Notes: generated from the letters alone by a model not told the origin. Shown: positions 36,364 to 46,162, counted from the stretch's first letter. The stretch: 64,000 nt of DNA from Vicinamibacterales bacterium (GCA_965200475.1 CBDAUL010000009.1:53893-117892); one strand, 5' to 3'. Numbers and translations: made by a program.

Positions 36364-37809
36364 ATGGTGAAGCCCGAACTGTTCTCGTCGCGCTGGGCGA
36401 TCATCGCCGCCGGCCTCGGCATGGCCGTCGGAACCGGCAACCTCTGGCGGTTCCCCCGCATCGCCGCGCAGAACGGCGGCGCCGCGTTCCTGATTCCGTG
36501 GGCGCTGTTTCTCGTCCTGTGGTCGCTCCCGCTGCTGATCGCCGAGTTCGGTCTGGGACGCGGCGCCCGGCGCGGGCCGATCGGCGCCTTCGCCACCTTT
36601 CTCGGTCGCCGCCGCGCCTGGATGGGGGGCTTCGTGGTCGTGACGACGACCATGATCATGTTCTACTACTCGGTCGTCACGGGCTGGACGCTGAAGTACG
36701 TCTTCGCCAGCTTCACGGGCGAGCTGGCGGTCGACGCCGGCGGCTACTGGGAGGCGTACAGCCAGTCCGTCTGGCAGCCGGTTCTGTTCCACGTCGCCGC
36801 GCTCGCGATCGGCGCAGCCATCGTCACCCGCGGCGTCGCGGGCGGCATCGAGCGCGCGAACCGGGTGCTGATTCCCACGCTGTTCGTGCTGCTGCTGGTT
36901 GCGGTCGCCCGGTCGGTGACGCTCGACGGGGCGGGCCGGGGCCTGGCGTTCCTGTTCCAGCCGGACCTGTCGGCGCTCCTCGACTATCGGACGTGGCTGG
37001 AGGCCCTGACGCAGTCGGCCTGGTCCACGGGCGCCGGATGGGGCCTGCTGCTCACCTACGCGATCTACGTCCGGCGCGAGGAGAACGTGGTCCGCAGCGC
37101 GACGGCGATCGGCGTCGGCAACAACGTGGCGTCGCTGCTGGCCGGCATGGCGATCCTGCCGGCCGCCTTCGCCATCCTGTCGACCGCCGAGGCGCTGGAG
37201 GCGATGGCGGCCGGCAACACCGGGCTGACGTTCATCTGGATCCCCCAACTGTTCGAGCTGGTGCCGGCGGGCCGCATCTTTCTCCCGATATTCTTCCTGG
37301 CGCTCTTCTGCGCCGCGCTGTCGTCCCTGATCGCCATGATCGAGCTGGCGACGCGGGCGCTCATGGATGGCGGGCTGTCGCGGCGCGCGGCGGTCCGGGT
37401 CGTGGCCGGCGCCGGCATCGTGTGCGGCATGCCGTCCGCCGTGAGCATGGCGGTGTTCGAGAATCAGGACTGGGTCTGGGGCCTCGCCCTGATGATCAGC
37501 GGGCTGTTCATGTCGCTGGCCGTGACCGGCTACGGGCAGCGGCGGTTTCGCACCGAGCTGGTCGATCTGGGCCCGGACGCCGGGCGCCTGGGACGAATGT
37601 ACGAATGGGTGCTCAAGTACCTGGTGCCGGTCGAGTTCGCGGCCATGTTCGGGTGGTGGGTCTACCAGGCCGTCGCCGTCTACGACGCGGCCGAGTGGTG
37701 GAACCCGCTGCGCGTCTACAGCCTGGGCACCTGCCTGCTGCAGTGGGGCGTCGCGCTGCTGCTGCTGCGGGTCTTCAACCGGCGCCTAGCCGCCGCCGGC
37801 GCACGTTGA
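36364..37809 (+). CDS. Sodium-dependent transporter, NSS (SNF) family
   Basis: 481 aa, about 11-12 TM. GTGNLWRFPRIAAQNGGAAFLIPW signature. Confidence 0.9.
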   Translation: MVKPELFSSRWAIIAAGLGMAVGTGNLWRFPRIAAQNGGAAFLIPWALFLVLWSLPLLIAEFGLGRGARRGPIGAFATFLGRRRAWMGGFVVVTTTMIMFYYSVVTGWTLKYVFASFTGELAVDAGGYWEAYSQSVWQPVLFHVAALAIGAAIVTRGVAGGIERANRVLIPTLFVLLLVAVARSVTLDGAGRGLAFLFQPDLSALLDYRTWLEALTQSAWSTGAGWGLLLTYAIYVRREENVVRSATAIGVGNNVASLLAGMAILPAAFAILSTAEALEAMAAGNTGLTFIWIPQLFELVPAGRIFLPIFFLALFCAALSSLIAMIELATRALMDGGLSRRAAVRVVAGAGIVCGMPSAVSMAVFENQDWVWGLALMISGLFMSLAVTGYGQRRFRTELVDLGPDAGRLGRMYEWVLKYLVPVEFAAMFGWWVYQAVAVYDAAEWWNPLRVYSLGTCLLQWGVALLLLRVFNRRLAAAGAR

Positions 37810-37872
37810 CCGGTCGGCGCCGCACCGTGTGCTACCCTTGGTCCGTTCTCCGTGCCCTGAAAGGAGCAGAAC

Positions 37873-38304
37873 GTGTATCCAGAGTTCTTCATCGCGCCGA
37901 TGCGCGACGAGTTGACGCGTCTCGGCGCCGTCGAGTGGCGCACAGCCGCCGAGGTGGACAAGGGGCTGGGCGAGACCCCCGGCACGGTCATGGTCGTGGT
38001 GAACTCCGTCTGCGGCTGCGCCGCGGGCAAGGCCCGTCCCGGCGTGGCGCTGGCGCTGCAGCACGCCGTGAAGCCGAACCTCGTCGCCACGGTGTTCGCG
38101 GGAGCCGACATCGAGGCGACCGAGAAGGCGCGCGGCTACTTCACCGGGTACCCGCCGTCGTCGCCGGCGGTGGCGCTGCTCCAGGACGGAAAGCTCGTCT
38201 ACATGATGGAGCGGCACCAGATCGAGAACCAGGAGGCCGACAGCATCGCCCGCGAGCTGACGGCCGCGTTCGACAAGCACTGCGCCGCGCCGGTGGCCGG
38301 CTGA
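37873..38304 (+). CDS. Bacilliredoxin-like protein (BrxA/BrxB, DUF1094/YphP family)
   Basis: 143 aa. CGC redox motif in VVNSVCGCAAG. GTG start after AAAGGAG. Confidence 0.8.
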   Translation: MYPEFFIAPMRDELTRLGAVEWRTAAEVDKGLGETPGTVMVVVNSVCGCAAGKARPGVALALQHAVKPNLVATVFAGADIEATEKARGYFTGYPPSSPAVALLQDGKLVYMMERHQIENQEADSIARELTAAFDKHCAAPVAG

Positions 38305-38318
38305 GGCGGTTAGCGCCC

Positions 38319-39347
38319 TCAGCGGGCGGGTGGGGGCGGCTCGGCCCGGGGCGGCGGGACGGGCGGCACGATCGGCAGGGCGCGGCCCGCGGCGTAGCGG
38401 CTCCAGGCCGTGCGCACGACGTCGGCGAGCGCGTCGAGAAAGAGCGGGTGGTCGTTGACCGCCGGGGCGCGCCGCATGTCGAGCCCGATCGCGTCGCACA
38501 CGTCGCCGGCCTCCGTGTCGAGGTCGTACAGCACCTCGACGTGGTCCGCGACGAATCCCAGCGGGCAGAGCACTGCCGCGGCCAGTCCGCGCGCGCGTTC
38601 CGCCCGCAGGTAGTCGCAGACATCCGGTTCCAGCCAGGGATCCGCAGGCCTGCCGCTGCGGCTCTGATAGACGAGCGCCCAGTCGGATCGCCCGAGCTCG
38701 CCCGCGATGAGCCGCGCCGACTCCTCCAGCTCCGCCACGTAGCGGGACTCGTCGGCCATCGACCGCGGGATGCTGTGCGCGGTGAAGACGAGCCGCGCGC
38801 CGTCCCGCCCGGACGGAGCCAGCTCCGCCAGCGCCTGCTCGATGTGACGGGCGTTCGCGCTCACGAAGCCCGGGTGGGCGTGCCAGCCTGGCGGGTACGT
38901 GAGCTCGACGTCGCAGCCGCGCGTGGCGCGCAACCAGCGCCTCGCCGTGGCGGCGTTCTGCTTGTACTGGCCGCAGCTCGAGTAGGTATGGTGGGCGGCC
39001 AGCGGCACGGCGAGCGCACGCTGCACGCCGGCCTGCGCCATCGCGGCCAGCGTGTCCTCCAGGAACGGATGCCAGTTGCGCATGCCCACGTACACGGCAA
39101 CCGGCGGTCCGTCGGCTGCCAGCCGCGCGCGGAGGCCCGCGGCCTGACGCAGCGTGATGGCGGTCAGCGGCGAGACGCCGTCGAACCGCTCGTAGTGTCC
39201 GACGACGGCCTCGAAGCGGGCGTCGGGTATGCGGCGGCCGCGCAGCACGTTGCGCAGGAACGGCCGGATGTCGGCGCGCCCCTGGGGCCCGCCGAAACTG
39301 ATGAGCAGCACCGCGTCGAACGGATGCGCCATGGCGACAACGCCCAT
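38319..39347 (-). CDS. hemH: Ferrochelatase, coproporphyrin (CpfC/HemH) type
   Basis: 342 aa (337 from ATG 39332). FDAVLLISFGGPQGRADIRPFLRNVLRGR resembles actinobacterial/Firmicute-type enzymes. Confidence 0.85.
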   Translation of the reverse strand: MGVVAMAHPFDAVLLISFGGPQGRADIRPFLRNVLRGRRIPDARFEAVVGHYERFDGVSPLTAITLRQAAGLRARLAADGPPVAVYVGMRNWHPFLEDTLAAMAQAGVQRALAVPLAAHHTYSSCGQYKQNAATARRWLRATRGCDVELTYPPGWHAHPGFVSANARHIEQALAELAPSGRDGARLVFTAHSIPRSMADESRYVAELEESARLIAGELGRSDWALVYQSRSGRPADPWLEPDVCDYLRAERARGLAAAVLCPLGFVADHVEVLYDLDTEAGDVCDAIGLDMRRAPAVNDHPLFLDALADVVRTAWSRYAAGRALPIVPPVPPPRAEPPPPAR

Positions 39348-39422
39348 GATATAGCCGCCGCCCGGGCGCCGCGGCCAGCGACGCCCCCAAACCGGATACA
39401 CTGAGCGGCGCGCGGACCCCCC

Positions 39423-39513
39423 AAGGCGCGCACCGCGCGCCTCGGCGGCAGCGGCGCGGGGCGAAGGCCCCCCCGCAAGCGAACGCCGGGAGCCTGGGGC
39501 AGAAGCCCCGTCT
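39423..39513 (+). repeat. Family A repeat, copy A6
   Basis: AAGGCGCGCACCGCGCGCCTCGGCGGCAGCGGCGCGGGGCGAAGG...GGGGCAGAAGCCCCGTCT, in the hemH/surE divergent intergenic region. Confidence 0.88.
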
Positions 39514-39538
39514 GATTGCGCGCCGGCGCAGCCGGCGC

Positions 39539-39628
39539 AAGGCGCGCACCGCGTGCCTCGGCGGTAGCGGCGCGGGGCGAAGGGGCCCCCGCAAGCGAAC
39601 GCCGGGGGCTTGGGGCGCAGCCCCATCT
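39539..39628 (+). repeat. Family A repeat, copy A7 (direct tandem with A6, 25-nt spacer)
   Basis: AAGGCGCGCACCGCGTGCCTCGG...GGGGCGCAGCCCCATCT. Ends 5 nt before the surE ATG. Confidence 0.88.
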
Positions 39629-39633
39629 TGAAG

Positions 39634-40392
39634 ATGCACCGGATTCTCGTAACCAACGACGATGGCGTGCGCTCGGCCGGCATCGCGGCGCTGGCGGAGT
39701 CGCTCGCCCCGCTCGGCGATGTCTACGTCGTCGCGCCGGAAGGCGAGTCCAGCGCGACCGGGCATGCGCTGACGCTCAGGCGTCCGCTGCGTCTCACGCA
39801 GATCGCGGAGCGCTGGTTCAGCGTGGACGGAACGCCGACCGACTGTGTCGACATCGCGGCGAGCCGGATTCTGCGCGGCGTGCCGGAGCTGGTTGTGTCC
39901 GGGATCAACATCGGCTGGAACCTGGGCGACGACGTGACCTACTCCGGCACGGTCGCCGGGGCGCTGGAGGGGACGCTGCTCGGCGCACCCAGCCTGGCGG
40001 TGTCGCAGAAGCGCGTGCGCGGAGAGCCGGATTTCATGCAGGCGGCCGCGACCGCGGCGCAACTGGCCGCGCGCGTCCTGGAGACGGGGCTGCCGCCGCG
40101 CACGTTCCTGAACGTCAACGTGCCGCGCGGCCCGGCGCGCGGGATCAGGAGCACGTGGCAGGCGCGACGGAATCACAAGACGGCCGTGACCGAGGCGTTC
40201 GATCCCCGACAGCAGCCGTACTACTGGATCGACGTCGCGCAGCTCGACTGGGAGTCCGACCCCGGCTCCGACTATCAGGCCGTGCGTGAGGGCTGGATTT
40301 CCGTGACGCCGCTGCAGCCCGACTGGACGGCGCACGACGCCCTCGAGACGGTCGATGCGCTGCTTTCCGGCGCGACCGCCGAAACCGGCTGA
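39634..40392 (+). CDS. surE: 5'/3'-nucleotidase SurE
   Basis: 252 aa from ATG 39634. MHRILVTNDDGVRSAGI. Confidence 0.92.
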   Translation: MHRILVTNDDGVRSAGIAALAESLAPLGDVYVVAPEGESSATGHALTLRRPLRLTQIAERWFSVDGTPTDCVDIAASRILRGVPELVVSGINIGWNLGDDVTYSGTVAGALEGTLLGAPSLAVSQKRVRGEPDFMQAAATAAQLAARVLETGLPPRTFLNVNVPRGPARGIRSTWQARRNHKTAVTEAFDPRQQPYYWIDVAQLDWESDPGSDYQAVREGWISVTPLQPDWTAHDALETVDALLSGATAETG

Positions 40393-40429
40393 CCCGGGCG
40401 GGCAGACTGCGCTAGAATAGTAGTTGTGT

Positions 40430-40506
<77 letters not shown>

Positions 40507-40579
40507 CCTTTCCGTTTCCTGTCGACCGCCTTCGCAGGCGTCGGTCCATGCGCCGTGCCGCGCATCACCGCCGCCAAGC

Positions 40580-40776
40580 GCCGTAGCTGCCCTGCGCGCG
40601 CTGCGCCGGCGTATCGGTTGGGCGAGCGTCGACGAGATACTCGCGCTGCGTGACGAGGGGCGCCGGTGAACGCACCGGTGCTCGACTGCTCGATCCCGGT
40701 GGCCTGGGTGCTCGACCGTCGGCCCGCCCGGGCGGCGCGCGCATCGGGAGCAGATGTGCTCCCGGCTGCGGCGTGA
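40580..40776 (+). pseudogene. Remnant of a VapB/VapC-like toxin-antitoxin pair
   Basis: An antitoxin-like C-terminus (...ALRALRRRIGWASVDEILALRDEGRR, stop 40667-40669) overlaps (GTGA) a PIN-like N-terminus (VNAPVLDCSIPVAWVLDRRPA) that stops after 36 codons. No usable start for the antitoxin part. Confidence 0.45.
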
Positions 40777-40862
40777 CCTCGGAGCCCCCGCCGACAACAT
40801 CTGCAGACCCTGTCACGAAGTCCGTCAGCCCTGGTCCGGCCAAATTGGCGCGTCGCACGGTC

Positions 40863-41984
40863 ATGACGTACCATGAGGCCCGGACGATGATCCTGGTGAA
40901 CCGGCGCACCCGGAGCGGGGAGAACCCCTTCCACGCGACGCTCCGCATCCGGCCCACGTCCCGTCTCGATCTCATCGACGTGCGCGGCAAGCTGCGCGAG
41001 GAGTTCGGGTCCGAGTTCACCCGCTATCCCAAGGCGTTCTACATTTCCGACCACACCACGGCCGGCTATCTCGACCAGCGTCTGGCCGCGGTGCTCGACC
41101 ACGACAGCAACAACATCCAGGATTACCTGCAGGTCTTCAACAAGCTCTTTCCGCCGGGCGCCGACTACGTCCACGACAAGGTCCATCTGCGGACGGAGCT
41201 CTCCGAGCAGCAGCGCGCCGTGGAGCCCCGCAACGCCGACTCGCACCTCGCGTTCATGGGCAGCGGGCTGCGCAACGCCACGTCCTACGAGCTGCGCGGC
41301 AACGAGCCGGTGTGGTTCGTGGAGCTGGACGGCGTCCACGTGGGCGGCACCCGGCAGCGGCGGACGACGGTCATCGCCTACAACCGCGAGGAGGAGGTCT
41401 TCCGGGCGCAGGTGCAGGTGGACGCGTCAGCGCACGCGATCGACGCCCAGAACCTGCGCGATCCGCGCCTCGGCTTCATCAGCCGGCTGGAGGATCTGGC
41501 GCGGCGGCACCGGGTATCGTTCGGTCGCTTCGACGTGTCGCTGCCCGCGGACGAGCGCAGCGCGGGCCTGACGGTGAACGAGTACGAGACCCTGCTCATG
41601 ACGCACGACCTGCGGGAGGTGCTGAGGGACCCGTTCCGCTTCATGGCGCAAATCGGCAAGGAGGCGCTGCAGTCCCCGCGAGCCATACCGGCGCGGGCGC
41701 TGGGCTACGCCCAGTACGACGCGGTGCAGCTCTTCAACAAGCTCATGGACCGCGTGGGCGTCCGCCAGTCGCTGGTGGAGCGGCTGATGAACCGGGCGCT
41801 GGCTCTCCCCGTGTCGCACTTCCTGCGCATGAAGCGGGGCATCAGCCTGCCGGTGCTGGACCGTGGCGGCGACGGCCGCGGAGAGATCGGCTGGGGCACC
41901 TACCAGAGCCCGATCCTGGTCCAGTGGAAGGGCGCCGCAGGCGCGACCCGGGCTCTGAACGTCAGGCTCGTGCAATTCGTCTAG
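40863..41984 (+). CDS. Fused double YjbQ/UPF0047-like protein
   Basis: 373 aa. The N-half has FYISDHTTAG, RNADSHL and VWFVELDG...RRTTVIAY. The C-half repeats the pattern in degenerate form (SAGLTVNEYE, VSHFLRMKRG, GWGTYQSPILVQW...RALNVRLV). Confidence 0.65.
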   Translation: MTYHEARTMILVNRRTRSGENPFHATLRIRPTSRLDLIDVRGKLREEFGSEFTRYPKAFYISDHTTAGYLDQRLAAVLDHDSNNIQDYLQVFNKLFPPGADYVHDKVHLRTELSEQQRAVEPRNADSHLAFMGSGLRNATSYELRGNEPVWFVELDGVHVGGTRQRRTTVIAYNREEEVFRAQVQVDASAHAIDAQNLRDPRLGFISRLEDLARRHRVSFGRFDVSLPADERSAGLTVNEYETLLMTHDLREVLRDPFRFMAQIGKEALQSPRAIPARALGYAQYDAVQLFNKLMDRVGVRQSLVERLMNRALALPVSHFLRMKRGISLPVLDRGGDGRGEIGWGTYQSPILVQWKGAAGATRALNVRLVQFV

Positions 41985-42000
41985 GTGAACCCCGCGGGCG

Positions 42001-43467
42001 TCAACCCCCCTGCGTCTCCGCCGGCATCCTCCCGAACGCCTCGAGCACCTCGCGCGTCATGTCCCAGCGGTCGAAGCCCTGGCGTCCGTAGTCGAGCCCC
42101 CGCCGGACGATGACGAGGTCGTGCGACGGGACGATGACGACGTACTGGCCCCGGTTGCCCGACGTCGAGTAGGCGTCCCCGGGCACGTCGGTCCGGCCGT
42201 CGGGTACGAGCCAGAACTGCCCGCCGTAGAAGCTGCCCCGGCCCCGGGTCGCCGGCGCCGGCGTCCGCACGAAATCGATCCACTCCCGGGAGACGAGGCG
42301 CTCGCCGTTCCATACGCCGCCCTGCAGGTACAGCAGGCCGAAGCGCGCCAGGTCGCGCGCGTTCGTGTAGACCTGGCTGCTCAGCACGAAGTCGCCGAAG
42401 CGGTCCGTGCTCAGGAGCGTGTTGCGCATGCCGATGCGGTCCAGCAGCCGCCGCCGCGGGAACTCGAGGTAGGCCTGCCCGCCGCCCAGCGCGCGCTTCA
42501 GGGCGTAGACGCCCAGCAGCGTGTCGTAGTTCTCGTAGTCCCAGTTGGTACCCGGCTTGCGAATCAGGCCCCGGCTGCGCGCGCCGACGACCGAGCTCGC
42601 ACCCGCCCAGTAGGACAGCCCCGACCCGATGGCGTACTCCCGGCCCGCGTTGTCGATCGGCTCGAGACCGCTCGACATGTTCAGGACGTGGCGCAGCGTG
42701 ATCGCCGCGCGGGGGTCGTGCTCGGCGGCGGCGGCCTGCGGAAAGAAGTCGTAGCCCAGGGGTTCGTCCAGCCCCAGCTTGCCGTCGTCGACGAGCATGC
42801 CGATGAGCGTCGAGGCGATGCTCTTGGCGGTCGACCAGGTGCGCGTCCGCGTCGTCATCTCGACGCCGGGCGCGTAGCGCTCATGGACGATCGCGCCACG
42901 ATGGACGACGAGCAGGCTCAGCGTGACCTGCTCCGGCGACTCGCGATCGAACGACCAGTCGGATGCCGCCTGCAACGCGCCCTCGTCGATGTAGGACGGC
43001 AGCGCCTGCCGCGCGACGAGATCGCCGTCCGGCCAGGCAATCGCCGCCGGATCGTCCGCCGGCCGAGCCAGCGTCTGCACCGGCAGGGCGTCGATGTCGT
43101 CTAGGGTCTGCCCGGGCGCGAGGATGATGCAGCCGATGCCGTCGCGGAAAGCGGCCCGCATCTGCGGGACGCCGTGCCCGGCGCCGATCGTCACGGCCCG
43201 CCGTTCGCGGTCGATCGTGTAGTCGCCGCCGGCCGGCGTCCCCACCGGCTCCGGCAGGAAGGCCAGCTCCTGGGCATAGACCTGCTCGAGCGTGCGGTGC
43301 GAGGTGAACAGGCCGTTGCACATGAAGATGGCCTGCTGGCCGTAGCGCACCATCTGCCGCTGGTGCTGCCAGTAGTCGTACGTGTCCGGAGTCTGCGCGG
43401 CGCCGGTCGAGCCGAGCAGCACCGCACCCGCGAGCGCCGCGACCGCCGTGGCCAGTGTCTTCCTCAT
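42001..43467 (-). CDS. Serine hydrolase, beta-lactamase/PBP-related family
   Basis: 488 aa from ATG 43467. Signal peptide MRKTLATAVAALAGAVLLGS. S-x-x-K motif WSTAKS. Confidence 0.85.
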   Translation of the reverse strand: MRKTLATAVAALAGAVLLGSTGAAQTPDTYDYWQHQRQMVRYGQQAIFMCNGLFTSHRTLEQVYAQELAFLPEPVGTPAGGDYTIDRERRAVTIGAGHGVPQMRAAFRDGIGCIILAPGQTLDDIDALPVQTLARPADDPAAIAWPDGDLVARQALPSYIDEGALQAASDWSFDRESPEQVTLSLLVVHRGAIVHERYAPGVEMTTRTRTWSTAKSIASTLIGMLVDDGKLGLDEPLGYDFFPQAAAAEHDPRAAITLRHVLNMSSGLEPIDNAGREYAIGSGLSYWAGASSVVGARSRGLIRKPGTNWDYENYDTLLGVYALKRALGGGQAYLEFPRRRLLDRIGMRNTLLSTDRFGDFVLSSQVYTNARDLARFGLLYLQGGVWNGERLVSREWIDFVRTPAPATRGRGSFYGGQFWLVPDGRTDVPGDAYSTSGNRGQYVVIVPSHDLVIVRRGLDYGRQGFDRWDMTREVLEAFGRMPAETQGG

Positions 43468-43475
43468 GGGAACCT

Positions 43476-43509
43476 CAATCAGATGGGCTTCGCCCCAAGC
43501 CAACCCTCA
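43476..43509 (-). repeat. Chimeric fragment: family A 3' end joined to a family B-like segment
   Basis: The minus strand reads GAGGGTTGG-CTTGGGGCGAAGCCCATCTGATTG, i.e. the A terminal hairpin plus the GATTG tail seen after A5/A6. Lies between the TPR gene stop and the hydrolase start. Confidence 0.5.
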
Positions 43510-45090
43510 GCCGCGACCTCTGGTGAACTCGCGGGCCTCGGCGGCCACTGGATCCTCCGCCTGCCCGCGCCACTGGCCGACGAGCGTTTCGTAGCGCGAC
43601 TGCGCCGTCGCCGGATCGCCGCTGGCCGCGGCGGCGCGCGCGGCGCCCAGCAGCGAGCGCATGCGGCCCGGCATGCGCAGCAGCGACTGCTCGAACTTCT
43701 CGGCCGCCGCGGCCGGTTGTCCGAGCTCCAGCAGGATCTCGCCGTACAGCTCGTACGGCGGCTTGACCGGGTTCGCGGCGCCGTTGGGCGGCCGCATCGT
43801 CTCGACGACGGCGATGGCCGCGTCCATGTGCGCCACCGCCTCGTCGCCGCGTCCGTCGGCGAGCGCCGCGAGCGCCGCCACCTGCTTGTGCATGATCTGC
43901 ACCGGCTTTTGCATGATCTGCGCCAGCTTGCCGCTGTCGGCCGCCTGCGCCTCGAGCGCGGCGGCCGCGCGGCGGACCGTGTCGGCGTCGCCCTGGCGGA
44001 ATGCGCTGAGCCCGGTCGCCAGCAGCTCGTGCGCCGAGCTGTCGTCGGTGGGCGGCTCGGTCTTCCACTCCTCGGTCTCGACCACGTAGCGCGCCCGAAG
44101 CAGCGCCAGCGAAGCGACGGCCCGTTGCGCGCCGTCGCTCTCGTCGATCACCTTCTCGAGGCGCTCGATCCAGGTGCGCGCCCGGGCGTAGTCGCCGCGC
44201 TGGAGGTCGCCGTACTGGCCCCAGTCGAGCGGATGGACGGTATCACCCACGCTGTCGCCCGGGGTCCAGAGGGCGCGGGCCGCGTCGTAGGCCGACTGGT
44301 TGTGCCGCGAGACGAGGTCCCACATGCCGTGCTGGATGAAGATGTGCGTCGGCATGTGCCGGGCGTGCGCCACGGCCGGGGCGATCTCGGCGTAGCGCCT
44401 CGCGGACGGCAGCGCAAGCGGTGCGTGGATTGGATCGTCGAAGGCGTGAATCGCGTAGTGCGGCGCCCCCGGATGGTCCGGGTTGGCCCCGAAGACGCCG
44501 AGCGCAATGGCGCCGGCGCGCATCTCGAGGCGCCCCGACTGATCGCCCAGCGCGCGCGATCCGCTGAGCAGCGACAGCGCATAGAACGTCGCCACCTCGT
44601 GGTCGTCGGGAAACTGCCGGTAGAGCCGCTCCATGGCCTCCATGTAGGCGACGCGGCGCTCGTCGTAGTCGCCCTCGGCCCACAGCGCCTCGACGGCCTG
44701 GAGGAAGCCCTTCTCGCGCGCCGTCGGCGCCTTCGCGAGCCGCTCGGCGGGCGTGGCGCCCAGGCGCGCCAGCGCGGCCCGCGGGTTGTCGTCGTCGGCC
44801 GAGGTCGCGAAGAGCGGGTGGTTGTAGCACAGCGTCTCGCCCCAGTACGCGAGGGCGAAGTCGGGCTCGAGCGCCTGGGCCGCGCGGAACTCCTCGATGG
44901 CCTGCAGCCACCCGAAGCTGTGCAGGATGGCGACGCCGCGCAGGAAGTGCTGCTGGGCTTCGGCCGAGCGCGCGGAGGTCGGAAAGTCGAGCGACCCGAC
45001 GCTGTCGAACTGCGCGGCGGGCGCGGGGCCCCGCAGCAGGAGGGCGGCAAACAGCAGGATGCCGGCACCAAGCCGAGTTGCAGAAGTCAT
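43507..45090 (-). CDS. Exported TPR-like repeat protein
   Basis: 527 aa from ATG 45090, with GGGAGGAA upstream. Signal peptide. Helical repeats (QHFLRGVAILHSFGWLQAIEEFRAAQALEPDFALAYWG). Confidence 0.75.
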   Translation of the reverse strand: MTSATRLGAGILLFAALLLRGPAPAAQFDSVGSLDFPTSARSAEAQQHFLRGVAILHSFGWLQAIEEFRAAQALEPDFALAYWGETLCYNHPLFATSADDDNPRAALARLGATPAERLAKAPTAREKGFLQAVEALWAEGDYDERRVAYMEAMERLYRQFPDDHEVATFYALSLLSGSRALGDQSGRLEMRAGAIALGVFGANPDHPGAPHYAIHAFDDPIHAPLALPSARRYAEIAPAVAHARHMPTHIFIQHGMWDLVSRHNQSAYDAARALWTPGDSVGDTVHPLDWGQYGDLQRGDYARARTWIERLEKVIDESDGAQRAVASLALLRARYVVETEEWKTEPPTDDSSAHELLATGLSAFRQGDADTVRRAAAALEAQAADSGKLAQIMQKPVQIMHKQVAALAALADGRGDEAVAHMDAAIAVVETMRPPNGAANPVKPPYELYGEILLELGQPAAAAEKFEQSLLRMPGRMRSLLGAARAAAASGDPATAQSRYETLVGQWRGQAEDPVAAEAREFTRGRG

Positions 45091-45256
45091 TCTGGTTCCT
45101 CCCAGTTGGCGGCGCCGGCGACTCATCCGGCCCGGGACGAGCGTACCACAGTCGGCGGCCGGGCGCGCCGCGCTTCGCGCGTCCGTACATGCGGCTGTTG
45201 CAACGACTTGCGCGACCGGCGCGCGAAACGAGTCGGCTATAATCGCGCACCGGTCG

Positions 45257-45538
45257 ATGGACGTGCTGATTGCCCGGCGGTATCTCGTGCGCGGCCTGGT
45301 GCAGGGCGTGGGGTTCCGGTTCTTCACGGAGGCGGCGGCCAGCCGCGAAGGCCTCCGCGGCTACGTCCGGAACCTGGCCGACGGGCAGGTCGAGGCGCTG
45401 GTCGAGGGGTACGAGGAAGCCGTCGCCCGCTTCGAGCGCCTCATTCACCGCGGGCCGCCCCTCGCGCGGGTCGACGGCGTGACGGCGGAAGGGCTGCAGC
45501 CGACGGGCCGGTTCGTCGGCTTCGCGATCCGCCGCTGA
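45257..45538 (+). CDS. acyP: Acylphosphatase
   Basis: 93 aa. VRGLVQGVGFR and GYVRNLADGQVE signatures. TATAAT at 45238-45243. Confidence 0.88.
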   Translation: MDVLIARRYLVRGLVQGVGFRFFTEAAASREGLRGYVRNLADGQVEALVEGYEEAVARFERLIHRGPPLARVDGVTAEGLQPTGRFVGFAIRR

Positions 45539-45548
45539 CCGGCCGCGG

Positions 45549-45637
45549 CTAGAACTCTGCGTCGTAGAACGGCGCAGAGTTCTAGCGAGGGTTGGTTGGG
45601 CGGCAACCGGAGCCGGAGGCGACGATTGCCGGGCTAG
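45549..45637 (-). repeat. Family B repeat, copy B3 (inverted orientation)
   Basis: The reverse complement matches the first ~55 nt of B2 exactly (read by eye), then forms the hairpin CTAGAACTCTGCGCCG-ttcta-CGACGCAGAGTTCTAG with compensatory changes relative to B2. Confidence 0.88.
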
Positions 45638-45646
45638 GGGAGTGCG

Positions 45647-46162
45647 ATGGAAGCGTTGAGGCGGTTGATCAGGGAGGTGCCGGACTTCCCCAAGCCGGGG
45701 ATTCTCTTCAAGGACATCACCACGCTGCTGCGGGATGCCGACGGCTTTCGGGCGGCGGTCGATGCCGTGACCGACCCCTATCGCGACCCGCGTCCCGACG
45801 TCGTCGTCGGCATCGAGAGCCGGGGCTTCATCCTGGGCGCCGCCGTCGCCGACCGCCTGGGCGTGGGCTTCGTGCCGGTGCGCAAGCCGGGCAAGCTGCC
45901 GTGGAGAACGACGCAGGTCACGTACGATCTCGAGTACGGCAGCGACACCCTCGAGATGCACGACGACGCGCTCGCGGCGGGCCAACACGCCCTGATCGTC
46001 GACGACCTGCTGGCGACCGGCGGAACGGCGCAGGCCGGCGTCGCCCTCGTCAAGCGCTCCGGCGCACGGGTGGCGGGGCTCTCGTTCCTGGTCGAGCTGA
46101 CGGCGCTCGAGGGCCGCGGGCGGCTCGCGGGCGAGCGGGTCGTCGCGGCGCTGCAGTACTGA
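45647..46162 (+). CDS. apt: Adenine phosphoribosyltransferase
   Basis: 171 aa. PRPP motif [13 protein letters not shown]. Confidence 0.93.
   Translation: MEALRRLIREVPDFPKPGILFKDITTLLRDADGFRAAVDAVTDPYRDPRPDVVVGIESRGFILGAAVADRLGVGFVPVRKPGKLPWRTTQVTYDLEYGSDTLEMHDDALAAGQHALIVDDLLATGGTAQAGVALVKRSGARVAGLSFLVELTALEGRGRLAGERVVAALQY

Noticed and set aside
40777-40800. A possible attR for tRNA-Pro (CCTCGGAGCCCCCGCCGACAAC vs the tRNA 3' end CCTCTCGCCCCGACCAC).
   Set aside because: The match is short, gapped and GC-rich, so it is not distinguishable from chance by eye, unlike the exact 17-mer at tRNA-Arg.
43880-43930. An 11-nt direct repeat GCATGATCTGC inside the TPR-protein gene.
   Set aside because: It lies in frame within a coding repeat (QIMQKPVQIMHK), so it is an ordinary small intragenic duplication with no independent signal.
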